From a virus, in IMG/VR virus record IMGVR_UViG_3300032805_000001, positions 1 to 64,000 of that record: 64,000 nucleotides of DNA, one strand, 5' to 3'. The notes beneath the pieces were generated by a model that did no database searches, was not told where the DNA came from, and was given only the letters and a program-made list of their open reading frames with translations. Positions 54,098-63,794 of this stretch are shown in pieces; the stretch's first letter is position 1, and every line of letters begins with the position of its first letter. Both the position numbers and the translations under genes were made by a program.

Positions 54098-54530
54098 TCT
54101 GGCCCGCCCGGCGATCCTGGGCGGTTTCGACGGGGCCGCGAGCCTGCTCGGCGTCATCATCTACCTGCTCGCCACCCACCCGCACCTGATCTTCCCCGCC
54201 GCCTTGTCCGGGGCGATCTCCTCGGCGCTGTCCATGGCCGCCGGCCAGTGGCTTAGCGACGACAATGACTCCGGGTTCGCGGGCGCCTCGATGATGGGCG
54301 CGGCGACGTTCACCGGGGCGCTCGCGCCAGCCCTGCCGTTCGCGTTCCTGTCCGGGCCCGCAGCCGTCGCACTGGCCGTGATCATCGCGGTCGCTATCGG
54401 GGTCGCGGTCGCGGCGCTGCGGCCGAACCGGGGCTTCGGCCGGGCGCTCGCCGAAGTGTTCGGGTTGCTGATCGTCATCGTCGGTGTCTGCTCGCTGCTC
54501 AGCCCGACCTTGCCGGGAGGTGCCGGTTGA
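54087..54530 (+). CDS. VIT1/CCC1-like membrane protein
   Basis: AILGGFDG...ALSMAAGQWLS...GALAPALPF; AGGAAAGGA RBS before GTG 54087. Confidence 0.65.
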   Translation: MRRDLARPAILGGFDGAASLLGVIIYLLATHPHLIFPAALSGAISSALSMAAGQWLSDDNDSGFAGASMMGAATFTGALAPALPFAFLSGPAAVALAVIIAVAIGVAVAALRPNRGFGRALAEVFGLLIVIVGVCSLLSPTLPGGAG

Positions 54531-55021
54531 GCCTGTACAAGCACACCCCGCATCCGCATCTGGGTCACCGTAAAGCTCACGGCCCGGTCAAGGTCGCCGA
54601 CGTGCGTCCCGGCGGGAACCGTGTCACCCGGTTCAACACCCGCGCTGCTGTCATCATCACGCGGGCCGTGGGTTCCATGTGGGCCGCTTACGCCTTCTGC
54701 GTGCTGGCGTTCTACGGGCTGCCCGCCGGCTTGCACGGCGGGGCGGCCGGGTTCGTGCAGTGGGCCAGTTCGCAGTTCATTCAGCTTGTCCTGCTGCCGA
54801 TCATCCTCGTCGGGTCCGCTGTGCTCGCCGAAGTGTCCGACCGGATGGCCAAACGGCAGTTCGATGACGTTGAGGCGCTGCTGCACGGGCAGGGTGAGCA
54901 GGCCAGCCACCTCGCCGCCCAGGACGAGAAGATCCTCGTGATCCTGGAACGGCTCGAGGCGAACACGGCGCTCACCGAGGAAGTCAGGGCGACTCTAATG
55001 CAACCCCCGAACGTTCGATAG
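54527..55021 (+). CDS. DUF1003-like membrane protein
   Basis: ITRAVGSMW...SQFIQLVLLPIILVG. Confidence 0.6.
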   Translation: MSLYKHTPHPHLGHRKAHGPVKVADVRPGGNRVTRFNTRAAVIITRAVGSMWAAYAFCVLAFYGLPAGLHGGAAGFVQWASSQFIQLVLLPIILVGSAVLAEVSDRMAKRQFDDVEALLHGQGEQASHLAAQDEKILVILERLEANTALTEEVRATLMQPPNVR

Positions 55022-55095
55022 ACTGTACGAAAGCGCCCCAGCAGGTGGTGGAACACCTACCGGGGCTACGCCGAACCTGATTAGGCAGGTCCGAC

Positions 55096-55737
55096 ATGCT
55101 CAATGTTACTGAGCGCTGGCTACCCGTCATCGGATACGAGGGGCTTTACGAGGTCTCCGACCTCGGGCGCGTGCGCAGCATAACCCACACAGATCGCCTG
55201 AACAGGCTGCATCCCGGGAAGGTGCTAAGCCAGTTCAAGATGACTGACGGGTATCTAGCCGTGGGATTCACGAACCGGCCCGGCAATCGCGTTCACCACC
55301 TCGTCCTGGAAGCCTTCCACGACCTGCGTCCCGATGGCACGGAAGCTAGGCACCTCAATGGCAACCACCTCGACAATCGGGCAGCAAACCTGAAGTGGGG
55401 CACCAAGAGCGAGAACAACCGCGACCAGGTGCATCACGGCACTCACCCCAAAGCATCCAGGACGCATTGCCCGCAGGGTCACCCGTACGACGAGGCGAAC
55501 ACCTACATCACCGTCGCAGGCGGTCGACAGTGCCGCGCCTGCGAGCGGGCGCGCGCGGAACGGCGGCGGCATCCGGCGCCACCCAGAACCCACTGCAAGC
55601 GTGGTCACGAGTTCACGCCCGAGAATACCTATGAGCAGGCCGGTGGCTACCGGGGCTGCCTTGAGTGCAAACGGCAGCGTGATCGGGAAGGCGCCCGCCG
55701 CGCACGGCTCCGCAAGGAGCCGGCCACGCGCGGCTAA
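55096..55737 (+). CDS. NUMOD4-HNH homing-type endonuclease
   Basis: ERWLPVIGYEGLYEVSDLGRVRS; VHHLVLEAF...RHLNG..DNRAANLKWGT..EN; two THC..GH.(Y/F)...NTY...C..C repeats. Confidence 0.9.
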   Translation: MLNVTERWLPVIGYEGLYEVSDLGRVRSITHTDRLNRLHPGKVLSQFKMTDGYLAVGFTNRPGNRVHHLVLEAFHDLRPDGTEARHLNGNHLDNRAANLKWGTKSENNRDQVHHGTHPKASRTHCPQGHPYDEANTYITVAGGRQCRACERARAERRRHPAPPRTHCKRGHEFTPENTYEQAGGYRGCLECKRQRDREGARRARLRKEPATRG

Positions 55738-55752
55738 CGGAGGTGCGTTGCA

Positions 55753-56568
55753 ATGAACGAAATCCCCGATCGTCCGGCTACGTTCCGCGCTGGCACCCGG
55801 CCCGGTTCCAGCGCGGCGATTCCGGCGACTACCCCCGAAGCCTCCGGGCCGCGAACATACCTCGCGGACATTTCGGAATTTCAGCCCGATATTGCCGACG
55901 CCGCATACCTCGCATGGAGTAAGGCCATCGTTTTTCGCGCGATGTACGGCAGCGCCCACGACGACGCCGCCTGGTATGGGGGTTCCCGCCGTGCCGCCCT
56001 GCACGCCGGGGGAGCGCGGTTCATCGGCATCTACATGTACCTGGCCGCCGGGCAGGACGGCGCCGCGCAAGCCCGCGCGTTCCACCAGCTTGTCGGCGCG
56101 ATCCAGCCCGGCGAGGTGTTCATCGCCGACTTCGAGGAGGGCAGTCATGGTCTCCTGACCGCCTGGTACAACGAGATGATCGCCTTGTATGGGCAGCAGA
56201 TCGCCCCCCATCTGTGGACCTACACGGGGCTGAACTTCGGGGCGGCGCAGGGTGTGCTGCCGGTTCAGTGGCTCGCCGACTACACCAGCGCCGAGCCGGC
56301 GTCGCCGCACAAACTGTGGCAGTTCACTTCGGCGTACCCGGTGCCCGGGGTCGGGTCCTGTGACTGCTCGGTGTTCCACGGCACTATCGACGAGCTCGCG
56401 GGGCTGGCCTGCCAGCCGGCCGCGGCGTCTTTCCATGTTTCGGTTGCGCCGCCCGGCTGGTGGAGGCCGGGAGGCCCGCTCACCCTGACCGGCCCGGCAC
56501 CGGACGGCAGCATGTGGGAGACGAGCACCGGCGATGGGAAGACGTGGACTGAGCCGGCCAGGCAGTGA
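55753..56568 (+). CDS. Endolysin, GH25 muramidase-like
   Basis: DISEFQ, G.YMY, DFEE, WLADY, LWQFTS...CDCS; GGAGG RBS. Confidence 0.8.
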   Translation: MNEIPDRPATFRAGTRPGSSAAIPATTPEASGPRTYLADISEFQPDIADAAYLAWSKAIVFRAMYGSAHDDAAWYGGSRRAALHAGGARFIGIYMYLAAGQDGAAQARAFHQLVGAIQPGEVFIADFEEGSHGLLTAWYNEMIALYGQQIAPHLWTYTGLNFGAAQGVLPVQWLADYTSAEPASPHKLWQFTSAYPVPGVGSCDCSVFHGTIDELAGLACQPAAASFHVSVAPPGWWRPGGPLTLTGPAPDGSMWETSTGDGKTWTEPARQ

Positions 56569-56638
56569 GGCCTGTGTGGCTGTAGGCTTCCCGATGGCTC
56601 CCTGACACCTCACCAGGCACTCCCAACCCCCGAAGGCG

Positions 56639-57433
56639 ATGATGAAAACTTGGGACACGTTCATGCTCGGCGGTTCCGAGTCCGAGATGGACGTCCTTGA
56701 GTGCAGGCTCCGGGAACTGGAGGGGGTTCCGGATCTGCATCACATCATCACCGAAGCTGAGATCACCCACCGCGGTGATCCGAAGCCGCTGTGGTTCAGG
56801 GAGTTCCGGGAACGGTTCGCCTCGTGGGGGGAGCGGATCACCTACGTGCACGTCCCGGCGACCGCTCTCCCGTCACGGAGAGACAACCCGGACCCGTGGT
56901 CGCGGGAGTACGCGCAGCGGGAGTTCTGCCACGCCGGCCTCGACCAGGCCGACCCCCGCGACATTGTGCTGCACGGCGACCTCGACGAGATCCCCCGGCC
57001 CGGGGCGCTCGCCGCGGTCAGCGCGAAAGAGCTGCCGTTCCCGGCCGTGTTCCAGATGCGGCTGTGCATGTACGCCGTGGACTGGCTGCATCCGCTGCCG
57101 TGGCATGGGACGATCCGCACCCGGGTACGGTCGGCGGGGTCGTTCGCCAGTTTGCGGGGGATGCGGAACGACCTGCCGATGATCATGGAAGGCGGGTCGC
57201 ATCTGTCGTGGATGGGCGGCACCCCCGCGCACGTCGACAAACTGGACACGCACTGTCACCTGGAGATGACCCCCGAGACGGAGACGGCGCTCCGGTCGGG
57301 GGAGTGGCTGCGGGAAGGCCGGCACAGCGACGGGCACACACTCGAGCCTGTTGACGTGGACGACACGTGGCCCCGGTGGGTGTTCGAGCGGAACTGCCCT
57401 AGCACATGGTTCCGGCCGAGAAAGGAAACCTGA
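56639..57433 (+). CDS. GT17-like glycosyltransferase
   Basis: E.DVLECRLREL...EA..THRGDPKPL...WSREYAQR...GDLDEIP...HLSWMGG. Confidence 0.8.
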   Translation: MMKTWDTFMLGGSESEMDVLECRLRELEGVPDLHHIITEAEITHRGDPKPLWFREFRERFASWGERITYVHVPATALPSRRDNPDPWSREYAQREFCHAGLDQADPRDIVLHGDLDEIPRPGALAAVSAKELPFPAVFQMRLCMYAVDWLHPLPWHGTIRTRVRSAGSFASLRGMRNDLPMIMEGGSHLSWMGGTPAHVDKLDTHCHLEMTPETETALRSGEWLREGRHSDGHTLEPVDVDDTWPRWVFERNCPSTWFRPRKET

Positions 57434-57435
57434 CG

Positions 57436-58083
57436 TTGCTCGTGTCCGTCCTGCTGCCCTCCCGGGGGCGGCCCGGCTCTCTCCACGGAACCATCACCGG
57501 CCTGTTCGAGCTCGCCACCGACCCCGGGCAAGTTGAGATCCTCATCGCCGCCGACCCCGACGACGACGCCACCATCCACGCCCCGCTCCCCGAAGGCAAC
57601 ATCCGCATGTGGGTCGCCCCGGAACGGTACGGCTACCACGGCCTGCACCACTACGTGAACCACCTCGCCACCATGTCCGGCGCGACGTGGCTGATGCTGT
57701 GGAACGACGACGCGAAAATGCTCAGCCGGGGATGGGACGCTATCATCGGCGGCTACGACCCGTCCACCGTCATCTGGCCCACCCACAACGACGCCGCCGC
57801 CTACGGGTGCAACATCTTCCCGATCTGGCCCCGCATCTGGACCGACTGCATGGGCCACGTCGCGCTCAACGCCCACTGCGACTCGTGGATCCAGGACGTC
57901 GGCAACGACCTCGGCCGGACCGGGGAACGGAACACGATCGCGATCATGCACGACCGGTTCGACCTGACCGGCGGTCACAACGACGGAACCTACCGCGACC
58001 GGATCTACACCAAAGACGAATACTTCCAGATGGAAGAAGCCCGCCACGCCGACGCGGACAAGATCCGGGAAAAGCTCCATTAA
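57436..58083 (+). CDS. GT2-like glycosyltransferase
   Basis: VSVLLPSRGRP...EILIAADPDD...WNDDA...HCDSW. Confidence 0.7.
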   Translation: MLVSVLLPSRGRPGSLHGTITGLFELATDPGQVEILIAADPDDDATIHAPLPEGNIRMWVAPERYGYHGLHHYVNHLATMSGATWLMLWNDDAKMLSRGWDAIIGGYDPSTVIWPTHNDAAAYGCNIFPIWPRIWTDCMGHVALNAHCDSWIQDVGNDLGRTGERNTIAIMHDRFDLTGGHNDGTYRDRIYTKDEYFQMEEARHADADKIREKLH

Positions 58084-58688
58084 TGGGCGGTTCCGCTTAC
58101 ACGTACGCCGCCAGTCTCAGCTACACGCCGGAAGAATGCATCGTCGAGGTTGGCTCGGAACGCGGCGAAGGATCCACCGCATACCTTGCGTTTCTCGCCA
58201 GTGAATGCGGCGTCCCGTTCTTCTCGATCGACGTTGACCCGGACGCTGCGGAACGCGCCCGGAGCATCGGGGGCGTGCAGGTTCTTCTTGGTTACGCCGA
58301 GGATCACCTCGCGAACTGGGATGGGCCGCCGGTCAGGTTCGCCTGGATCGACGGGCACGACTGGCCCTACTCCTGGTGTGCCCGGGAAACCTGGTTCAAA
58401 GATCAGCAAGCACGGTACGCGGCCCGCGGTGACACCGTGACCGAGGAAGCGAGCATGGCGTCCCATCTGGTGATCGCCAGGCTTATTGATCCGCTGACCC
58501 GTTCAGGAACGGTAGTGATGTTCGACGACACCTGGCGTGACAGGAACCGGCGGCGCGGTGAGGGCCGCTGGCGCGGCAAAGGCGGCACGGCGGTCCCGTA
58601 CCTGATCAAGACGGGGGCGTGGCGGCTGACCGGCTGCGTCAACGGCACCGAACCCGATGACGGCTTCGCCCGGCTGGAGAAAATGTGA
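58083..58688 (+). CDS. Class I SAM-dependent methyltransferase
   Basis: IVEVGS.RG, SIDVD, FAWIDGH, VMFDD. Confidence 0.7.
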   Translation: MGGSAYTYAASLSYTPEECIVEVGSERGEGSTAYLAFLASECGVPFFSIDVDPDAAERARSIGGVQVLLGYAEDHLANWDGPPVRFAWIDGHDWPYSWCARETWFKDQQARYAARGDTVTEEASMASHLVIARLIDPLTRSGTVVMFDDTWRDRNRRRGEGRWRGKGGTAVPYLIKTGAWRLTGCVNGTEPDDGFARLEKM

Positions 58689-59926
58689 ACGTCGGCTGGA
58701 TTGGCCTGGGCCGTCTCGGGCTGCCGTGCGCGCTGGTCCTCGACGCCGCCGGGCACACCGTCACCGGCTACGACCTGTCCCCGGTACCAGCAGAAATCCT
58801 CACCGGCAAGTGTCCCCCGATGCAGGAAGAACACATCACCGGCCTGCTGGCCTCCTCGTCGCTGAAACTGCTCAGCTCACCCCGTGACGTGGCAGCCACC
58901 TCCGATGTTGTGTTCGTCGCCGTGCAAACCCCTCACGCGCCCGCCTACGGGGGAGAAGTACCCGCACCGGAGGACCGGCGGGACTTCGAGTACGCCTACC
59001 TTGTGCAGGCGTGCCGGGACGTGTGCGCCGCCGCAGCGGCCATGGCGAAACCTGTCACTCTCGTCGTCGTGTCCACGGTCCTGCCCGGCACCGTGAACCG
59101 GCTCATCCGCCCCCTCCTCAACCCGCATGTGCGGCTCATCTACTCCCCGGCGTTCATCGCGATGGGCACCACCATCAGCGACTACCGCAACCCCGAGTTC
59201 GTCACCTGCGGCGTTGACCGGGACGAGGACGCGGAACCGCTACGGGACGTGTTCGGGGCCGTGCACACCCGGCCCCTGTTCGTCACCAGCATCGAAACCG
59301 CCGAACTGATCAAGGTCTTTTACAACTGTTTCATCAGCACCAAAATCGTCCTCGGTAACACGCTGATGGAGATCGCGCATAAGACCGGCGCGGACTGTGA
59401 CGCGGTAATTGACGCCCTGACGCTGGCAACCGACCGGATCATCTCCCCGAAGTACCTGCGCGGCGGCATGGGAGACGGCGGCGGCTGCCACCCCCGCGAC
59501 AACATCGCCATGTCCTGGCTCGCGGAACGCCTCGACCTGTCCTACGACCTGATGGGAGAAGTCACCAGGGCCCGGGAAGCGCAAACCTGGTGGCTCGCCG
59601 ACCTCGCCCGCTCCTACGCCGACCAATCCGGCCTGCCGATCACAATCCTCGGGAAAGCCTACAAACCCGGCTCGGACCTCACCGCAGGCTCACCGGCGCT
59701 GCTGCTCGCCCACCAGTTGCGGGACAGGGAACCAGCCCACTGGGATCCCCACGTGGAACCACGATCAGCCTCACCGCTGCAACGCCCGGCCGTGTTCGTA
59801 GTCGCCACCCGGCACCCCGCCTTCAGCAAGGCCTGCTACCCGGAAGGGTCGATCGTCGTGGACCCGTTCGGGTACGTCCCCGACCATTCACACATCACCG
59901 TCATCAGGGTGGGCCGCAAATCATGA
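58685..59926 (+). CDS. UDP-glucose/GDP-mannose 6-dehydrogenase family protein
   Basis: IGLGRLG, VAVQTP, STVLPGT, AELIKVFYN, GGGCHPRD, GKAYKP. Confidence 0.9.
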   Translation: MNVGWIGLGRLGLPCALVLDAAGHTVTGYDLSPVPAEILTGKCPPMQEEHITGLLASSSLKLLSSPRDVAATSDVVFVAVQTPHAPAYGGEVPAPEDRRDFEYAYLVQACRDVCAAAAAMAKPVTLVVVSTVLPGTVNRLIRPLLNPHVRLIYSPAFIAMGTTISDYRNPEFVTCGVDRDEDAEPLRDVFGAVHTRPLFVTSIETAELIKVFYNCFISTKIVLGNTLMEIAHKTGADCDAVIDALTLATDRIISPKYLRGGMGDGGGCHPRDNIAMSWLAERLDLSYDLMGEVTRAREAQTWWLADLARSYADQSGLPITILGKAYKPGSDLTAGSPALLLAHQLRDREPAHWDPHVEPRSASPLQRPAVFVVATRHPAFSKACYPEGSIVVDPFGYVPDHSHITVIRVGRKS

Positions 59927-60375
59927 GGAAGCTCAACCTGGGCTGCGGCACCCGTCCCCTGCCGTGGCATGTGAACGTCGACATCGTGCAGATGACCGGC
60001 GTCAACGTCGTCTGGGACCTCGACGTAACCCCGTGGGAGCCGTTCAAAGACGAAGAGGCCGACGAGATCGCCGGCTACGACATCTTCGAGCACGTCAACG
60101 ACCCGATCGGGTTCATGTGCGAGTGCGCCCGGATCCTGAAACCCGGCGGCATCCTCAACTTGCACACCAACTACTGGCAGTCCCAGAACGCCTACACCGA
60201 CCCGACCCACAAACGGTTCTGCACTGAGCGGACGTTCGAGTACTGGGTGAAAGGCACCGAGTTCAACGACCGGTACGGCCCCGCCTACGCACGCAACGGG
60301 ATCGTGTTCGAGTACGTATCCGGCTTCCCCTGCCTGGAGGGCACCGAGCTGGCCGTGAAGATGCGGCGGATCTGA
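59923..60375 (+). CDS. SAM-dependent methyltransferase (type 11-like)
   Basis: KLNLGCG...VNVD...FEH...RILKPGG...DPTH. Confidence 0.8.
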   Translation: MRKLNLGCGTRPLPWHVNVDIVQMTGVNVVWDLDVTPWEPFKDEEADEIAGYDIFEHVNDPIGFMCECARILKPGGILNLHTNYWQSQNAYTDPTHKRFCTERTFEYWVKGTEFNDRYGPAYARNGIVFEYVSGFPCLEGTELAVKMRRI

Positions 60376-60584
60376 TGGGCGGCTACAAGCTACTGCTGGT
60401 GCCAGTTGACGAGATAGACCCGTCATGGCCTGGATCGCCGCTAGAGGCCTTGGTGAGGGCCGAGCGCGGCGTTAGCCCGCTCAGGGCTGGCCCGTTCGAG
60501 GTGATCGCGGACGTGGGCGAGGACAAGCGCATCAGGATGTCCCGCGCGCTCTACGACGAGATTGAGGTAGTGGACCCCCAGTGA
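60375..60584 (+). CDS. Small hypothetical protein
   Basis: Overlapping start/stop with both neighbours. Confidence 0.45.
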   Translation: MGGYKLLLVPVDEIDPSWPGSPLEALVRAERGVSPLRAGPFEVIADVGEDKRIRMSRALYDEIEVVDPQ

Positions 60585-61375
60585 ACCTCTCCCGTACCGC
60601 CATCATGATGACAGGCTGGCGCCGCCCCCAGTACCTGCGCCGCACCCTCGCCTCCTGGGCACGCGTCGACGGCGTGCACGACGTGGCCGCGTTCACCATC
60701 TGCCTCGACCCGTCCGACCGCACCACCGCCATGCTCCAGGTCGTCCACGAAGCACAAGACGCCGGGATGCCCGTCACCGCCCACGTCAACCCGGTCCACC
60801 TCGGCGTGTCCATCAACCCCGTCGAATCCGGCACCGCAATCCTCAAAGAATACGAGGACGTGGACTACCTCGTCCTCGCCGAAGAAGACCTTGTGGTCGC
60901 CGACGACGTGCTCCGCTACCTCACCTGGGCCGATGAGACGTTCCGGGGCAACCCGGAGGTGCTCATCGCCTGCGCGCACTCACCGGACAACCCCACTGCA
61001 GACGCCGACCCGGCCGCGGTCGTACTCCAGCGCCGGTTCCGGTGCTGGATCTGGGGAACCTGGCGGGACCGCTGGTTCGGCACGCTCGAACCGACATGGG
61101 ATCGGGCGTACTACACGGGAAACCAGGAAACAGGACAGCAAGCCGGGTTCGACTGGCACCTCGACCTGCGGGTCATCCGCGGCAAAGACCCGCACACCAA
61201 AGGCCGGCAGTACCTGTGCGCCCTGCCGCTCGCATCCCGCAGCCAGAATATCGGCCGGTTCGAGGGCGTGCACGCCGACCCGACCGCCTTTCCCGCAACG
61301 CTCAACCCGTCGTTCCGGGAAACGTTCGGCGAAGTGGAGTACAAGGTTCGGTTCGGCCTGCAGGCGCCAGCCTGA
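60581..61375 (+). CDS. GT-A fold glycosyltransferase
   Basis: RRPQYLRRTL, LAEEDL.V..D, WGTWRDRW, SRSQNIG. Confidence 0.7.
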   Translation: MNLSRTAIMMTGWRRPQYLRRTLASWARVDGVHDVAAFTICLDPSDRTTAMLQVVHEAQDAGMPVTAHVNPVHLGVSINPVESGTAILKEYEDVDYLVLAEEDLVVADDVLRYLTWADETFRGNPEVLIACAHSPDNPTADADPAAVVLQRRFRCWIWGTWRDRWFGTLEPTWDRAYYTGNQETGQQAGFDWHLDLRVIRGKDPHTKGRQYLCALPLASRSQNIGRFEGVHADPTAFPATLNPSFRETFGEVEYKVRFGLQAPA

Positions 61376-61395
61376 TCACCGGGAAGAACGGGCCG

Positions 61396-62622
61396 TTACA
61401 TCTCCTCGAGCTCTTTGAGTACCGGGACCAGGTGGTTGGCGAGCACAAGATCCGCGTCGTACGACTCAGCGAACGTCCGGGCCCGCTTCCGCCGCATCAC
61501 CGCCGCCTCAGTGCCCTTCTCCTGGTAGGCCTCCTCGTACGCCGCGGCGATCTCACCGGCGTACGGGGCCTTCCACCAGGCGTTGTGCCCGGTGATGTGA
61601 CCGAGCTGGCCGTTCCAGTACGGCTCACCGTCCACCAGCCACCCGGCCCCGCACAGTTCCGTCATCGCCGAATGATCAGTGACAACCGCCGGCGTGCCAC
61701 CCGCGGCAGCCTCAACGATCGGCAACCCGAACCCTTCACCATGCGAAGCGTTCGACAGCAGGTCAAGGACCCCGTACCAGGCAGCGAGATTCACCGGCTT
61801 GATCGCCCCGGTCACATACGTGTACCAGTCGCTGAACCGCACATGCTGATCCAGGTCCAGCGCCGACACGATGGCCTGCAAGTCCAGGGCACCCGGGGAG
61901 CGGGGGAGCGCGTGAATCAGCAGCAGCGCGTCATCATGCCGTTTACGGAACTCCGCGAACGCCCGCAACTGCGCCGGGTACGACTTGCGGATCGTGTCCT
62001 TGTTCGCCCCGTTGATCCCGATCAGGAATGCGTCCTCGGGCAAGCCGAGCTCGCGGCGGTTCTGCGCCGGGTCCGCGAGCGGCCGGTACACCTTCTGCGT
62101 CTCGATCCCGTGCGGGACATACAGCGGGGAGAACCCCGCCTTCCGCAGCTCCTGCTCGCCGTACCGGGACATCGCGATCGGCACTGCCCCGGACCGCTGC
62201 AAAGCCTGCCGGTCCATGATCCCCATCGGCTGGCAGTCGACCGGCATCCAGTTGGCCACCTTCAGGCCCTGCAACTGGCCCGGGTCGAGCACCCACTGAT
62301 CCATCAAGGTGATCACAAAGTCCGCGTTGGTGCGGAGAGCATGCTCGCGGAGGATGTCGTTGCCGTACGGGTCGACCGCGCCGGGCAGGACTGGGACACC
62401 GCCCCAGTCGATCGACATGCCCTGGATGCCGTAGTAGGCGGAAACGATCATCTCGTGGCCGAGAGCTTGCAGGCGGGGAATCCAGACCTGAGTCTGCTGC
62501 CCGTACCCAGTTATCGTGGGGCCGTTGGAGTGCCAGAGGATGCGGGCTACCGGAACCACCCCCGCGGGGTGGTCGTGATCGTCATGAGGTAAGGGTAACG
62601 GGAACTGCCGCATGTAGCACAT
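61396..62622 (-). CDS. GT4 (GT-B) glycosyltransferase; start may be GTG 62559
   Basis: ILWHSN.P..TGYG, VPHGI, RK, SHGEGFGLPIVEAAA.GTP.V. Confidence 0.85.
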   Translation of the reverse strand: MCYMRQFPLPLPHDDHDHPAGVVPVARILWHSNGPTITGYGQQTQVWIPRLQALGHEMIVSAYYGIQGMSIDWGGVPVLPGAVDPYGNDILREHALRTNADFVITLMDQWVLDPGQLQGLKVANWMPVDCQPMGIMDRQALQRSGAVPIAMSRYGEQELRKAGFSPLYVPHGIETQKVYRPLADPAQNRRELGLPEDAFLIGINGANKDTIRKSYPAQLRAFAEFRKRHDDALLLIHALPRSPGALDLQAIVSALDLDQHVRFSDWYTYVTGAIKPVNLAAWYGVLDLLSNASHGEGFGLPIVEAAAGGTPAVVTDHSAMTELCGAGWLVDGEPYWNGQLGHITGHNAWWKAPYAGEIAAAYEEAYQEKGTEAAVMRRKRARTFAESYDADLVLANHLVPVLKELEEM

Positions 62623-62663
62623 GGTGGATATGGGGTTCCTTGCATGCTTCTGGGCTACTCCCC

Positions 62664-62720
62664 CGCTCTGAAATTTTAGAGCGCGAGAAGACGGCTTCTC
62701 ACGAATTGATCATGTATCAT
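62664..62720. promoter_or_regulatory. Palindromes and -10 box upstream of recombinase (candidate recombination/operator site)
   Basis: CGCTCTGAAA/TTTTAGAGCG (9/10 inverted repeat), GAGAAG-N4-CTTCTC, TATCAT 7 nt before ATG 62728. Confidence 0.45.
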
Positions 62721-62727
62721 GGGGGAC

Positions 62728-63783
62728 ATGACCATAACCCCGATCGAGCGGATCATCCTCCCGCCCGGCGACGGCCGGCCCGACTGGCTCCCCGTCGCCG
62801 TCAGCGGCACACCCGCCCCGCCACCCGGCATCGACCCGCACGCCGCCTACATCGCCCGGCTCAAGAGCCCGCAATCCAAGCGCGTCATGAACGGCTGCCT
62901 GAACAACCTCGCCCGCATGATCGCCAGCGACGCCCTCGGCGCCGAACCCGAACTTGACGACAACCCCGGCAAGGCCTTCCCGTGGTGGCTGCTCCGCTAC
63001 CAGCACACCTCCCGCCTCACAGCCCTCCTCGACAGCCACCAGCCGCCCTACGCAGCGTCCTACATCAACAAGCACCTCGCGGCGCTGCGCGGCATCCTTG
63101 AGGAATGCTGGAAACTTGAGCTGATGAGCGGCGACGACTACACCCGCGCCAGGCGCATCGAGGACGTCAAGTTTCACCGCGAGCCCGCCGGCCGGCTCAT
63201 CCACGACGACGACATGGCCAGGCTGCTCGCCGTCTGCTCGGACGGCATCATCGGAATCCGGGACACCGCGCTGCTCGCCACGCTGTACTGCACCGGTATC
63301 CGCTGCGAAGAAGCCGCCACCGCGCTCATCGAGCACTACGACGGCCGCGAGCGGACCCTGCGTGTCCTCGGCAAGGGAAACAAGGAACGCACTGTCCCCA
63401 TCCACCCGGCCGGGATCCCCCACCTTGAAACGTGGCTCGCCCTGCTCGGCGACCAGCGCGGGCCGCTGTTCCGCACCGTCGACAAGCACAACCGGATCGG
63501 CGGCGCGGTCAGCCCTGGTGCCATCCAGCGGCGGATCAGCCAGCGTTACCAGCAGGCCGGCATACGCAGGCTCACGGCACACGACTTCCGCCGGACGTTC
63601 CTCAGCGAGTTCCTCGATTCTGGTGCCGACGCGATGCAGGCACGAAAGGTCGCCGGGCACGCGAGCGTCGCCACGACCCAGCTTTACGACCTTCGCGAGG
63701 ACCGCGGCATCCGCGAAGCCGTGAGCCGGATGAAGATCGCCCTCCCTGCCCCGCCGTCAGTGGATGCCGTCTCTCCTTCCTGA
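62728..63783 (+). CDS. Tyrosine recombinase (integrase/Xer-like)
   Basis: RD.ALL..L..TGIRCEE, GKGNKER, HDFRR, AGH, TTQLY: R-K-H-R-H-Y catalytic set. Confidence 0.92.
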   Translation: MTITPIERIILPPGDGRPDWLPVAVSGTPAPPPGIDPHAAYIARLKSPQSKRVMNGCLNNLARMIASDALGAEPELDDNPGKAFPWWLLRYQHTSRLTALLDSHQPPYAASYINKHLAALRGILEECWKLELMSGDDYTRARRIEDVKFHREPAGRLIHDDDMARLLAVCSDGIIGIRDTALLATLYCTGIRCEEAATALIEHYDGRERTLRVLGKGNKERTVPIHPAGIPHLETWLALLGDQRGPLFRTVDKHNRIGGAVSPGAIQRRISQRYQQAGIRRLTAHDFRRTFLSEFLDSGADAMQARKVAGHASVATTQLYDLREDRGIREAVSRMKIALPAPPSVDAVSPS

Positions 63784-63794
63784 CCTCTCCCCCC

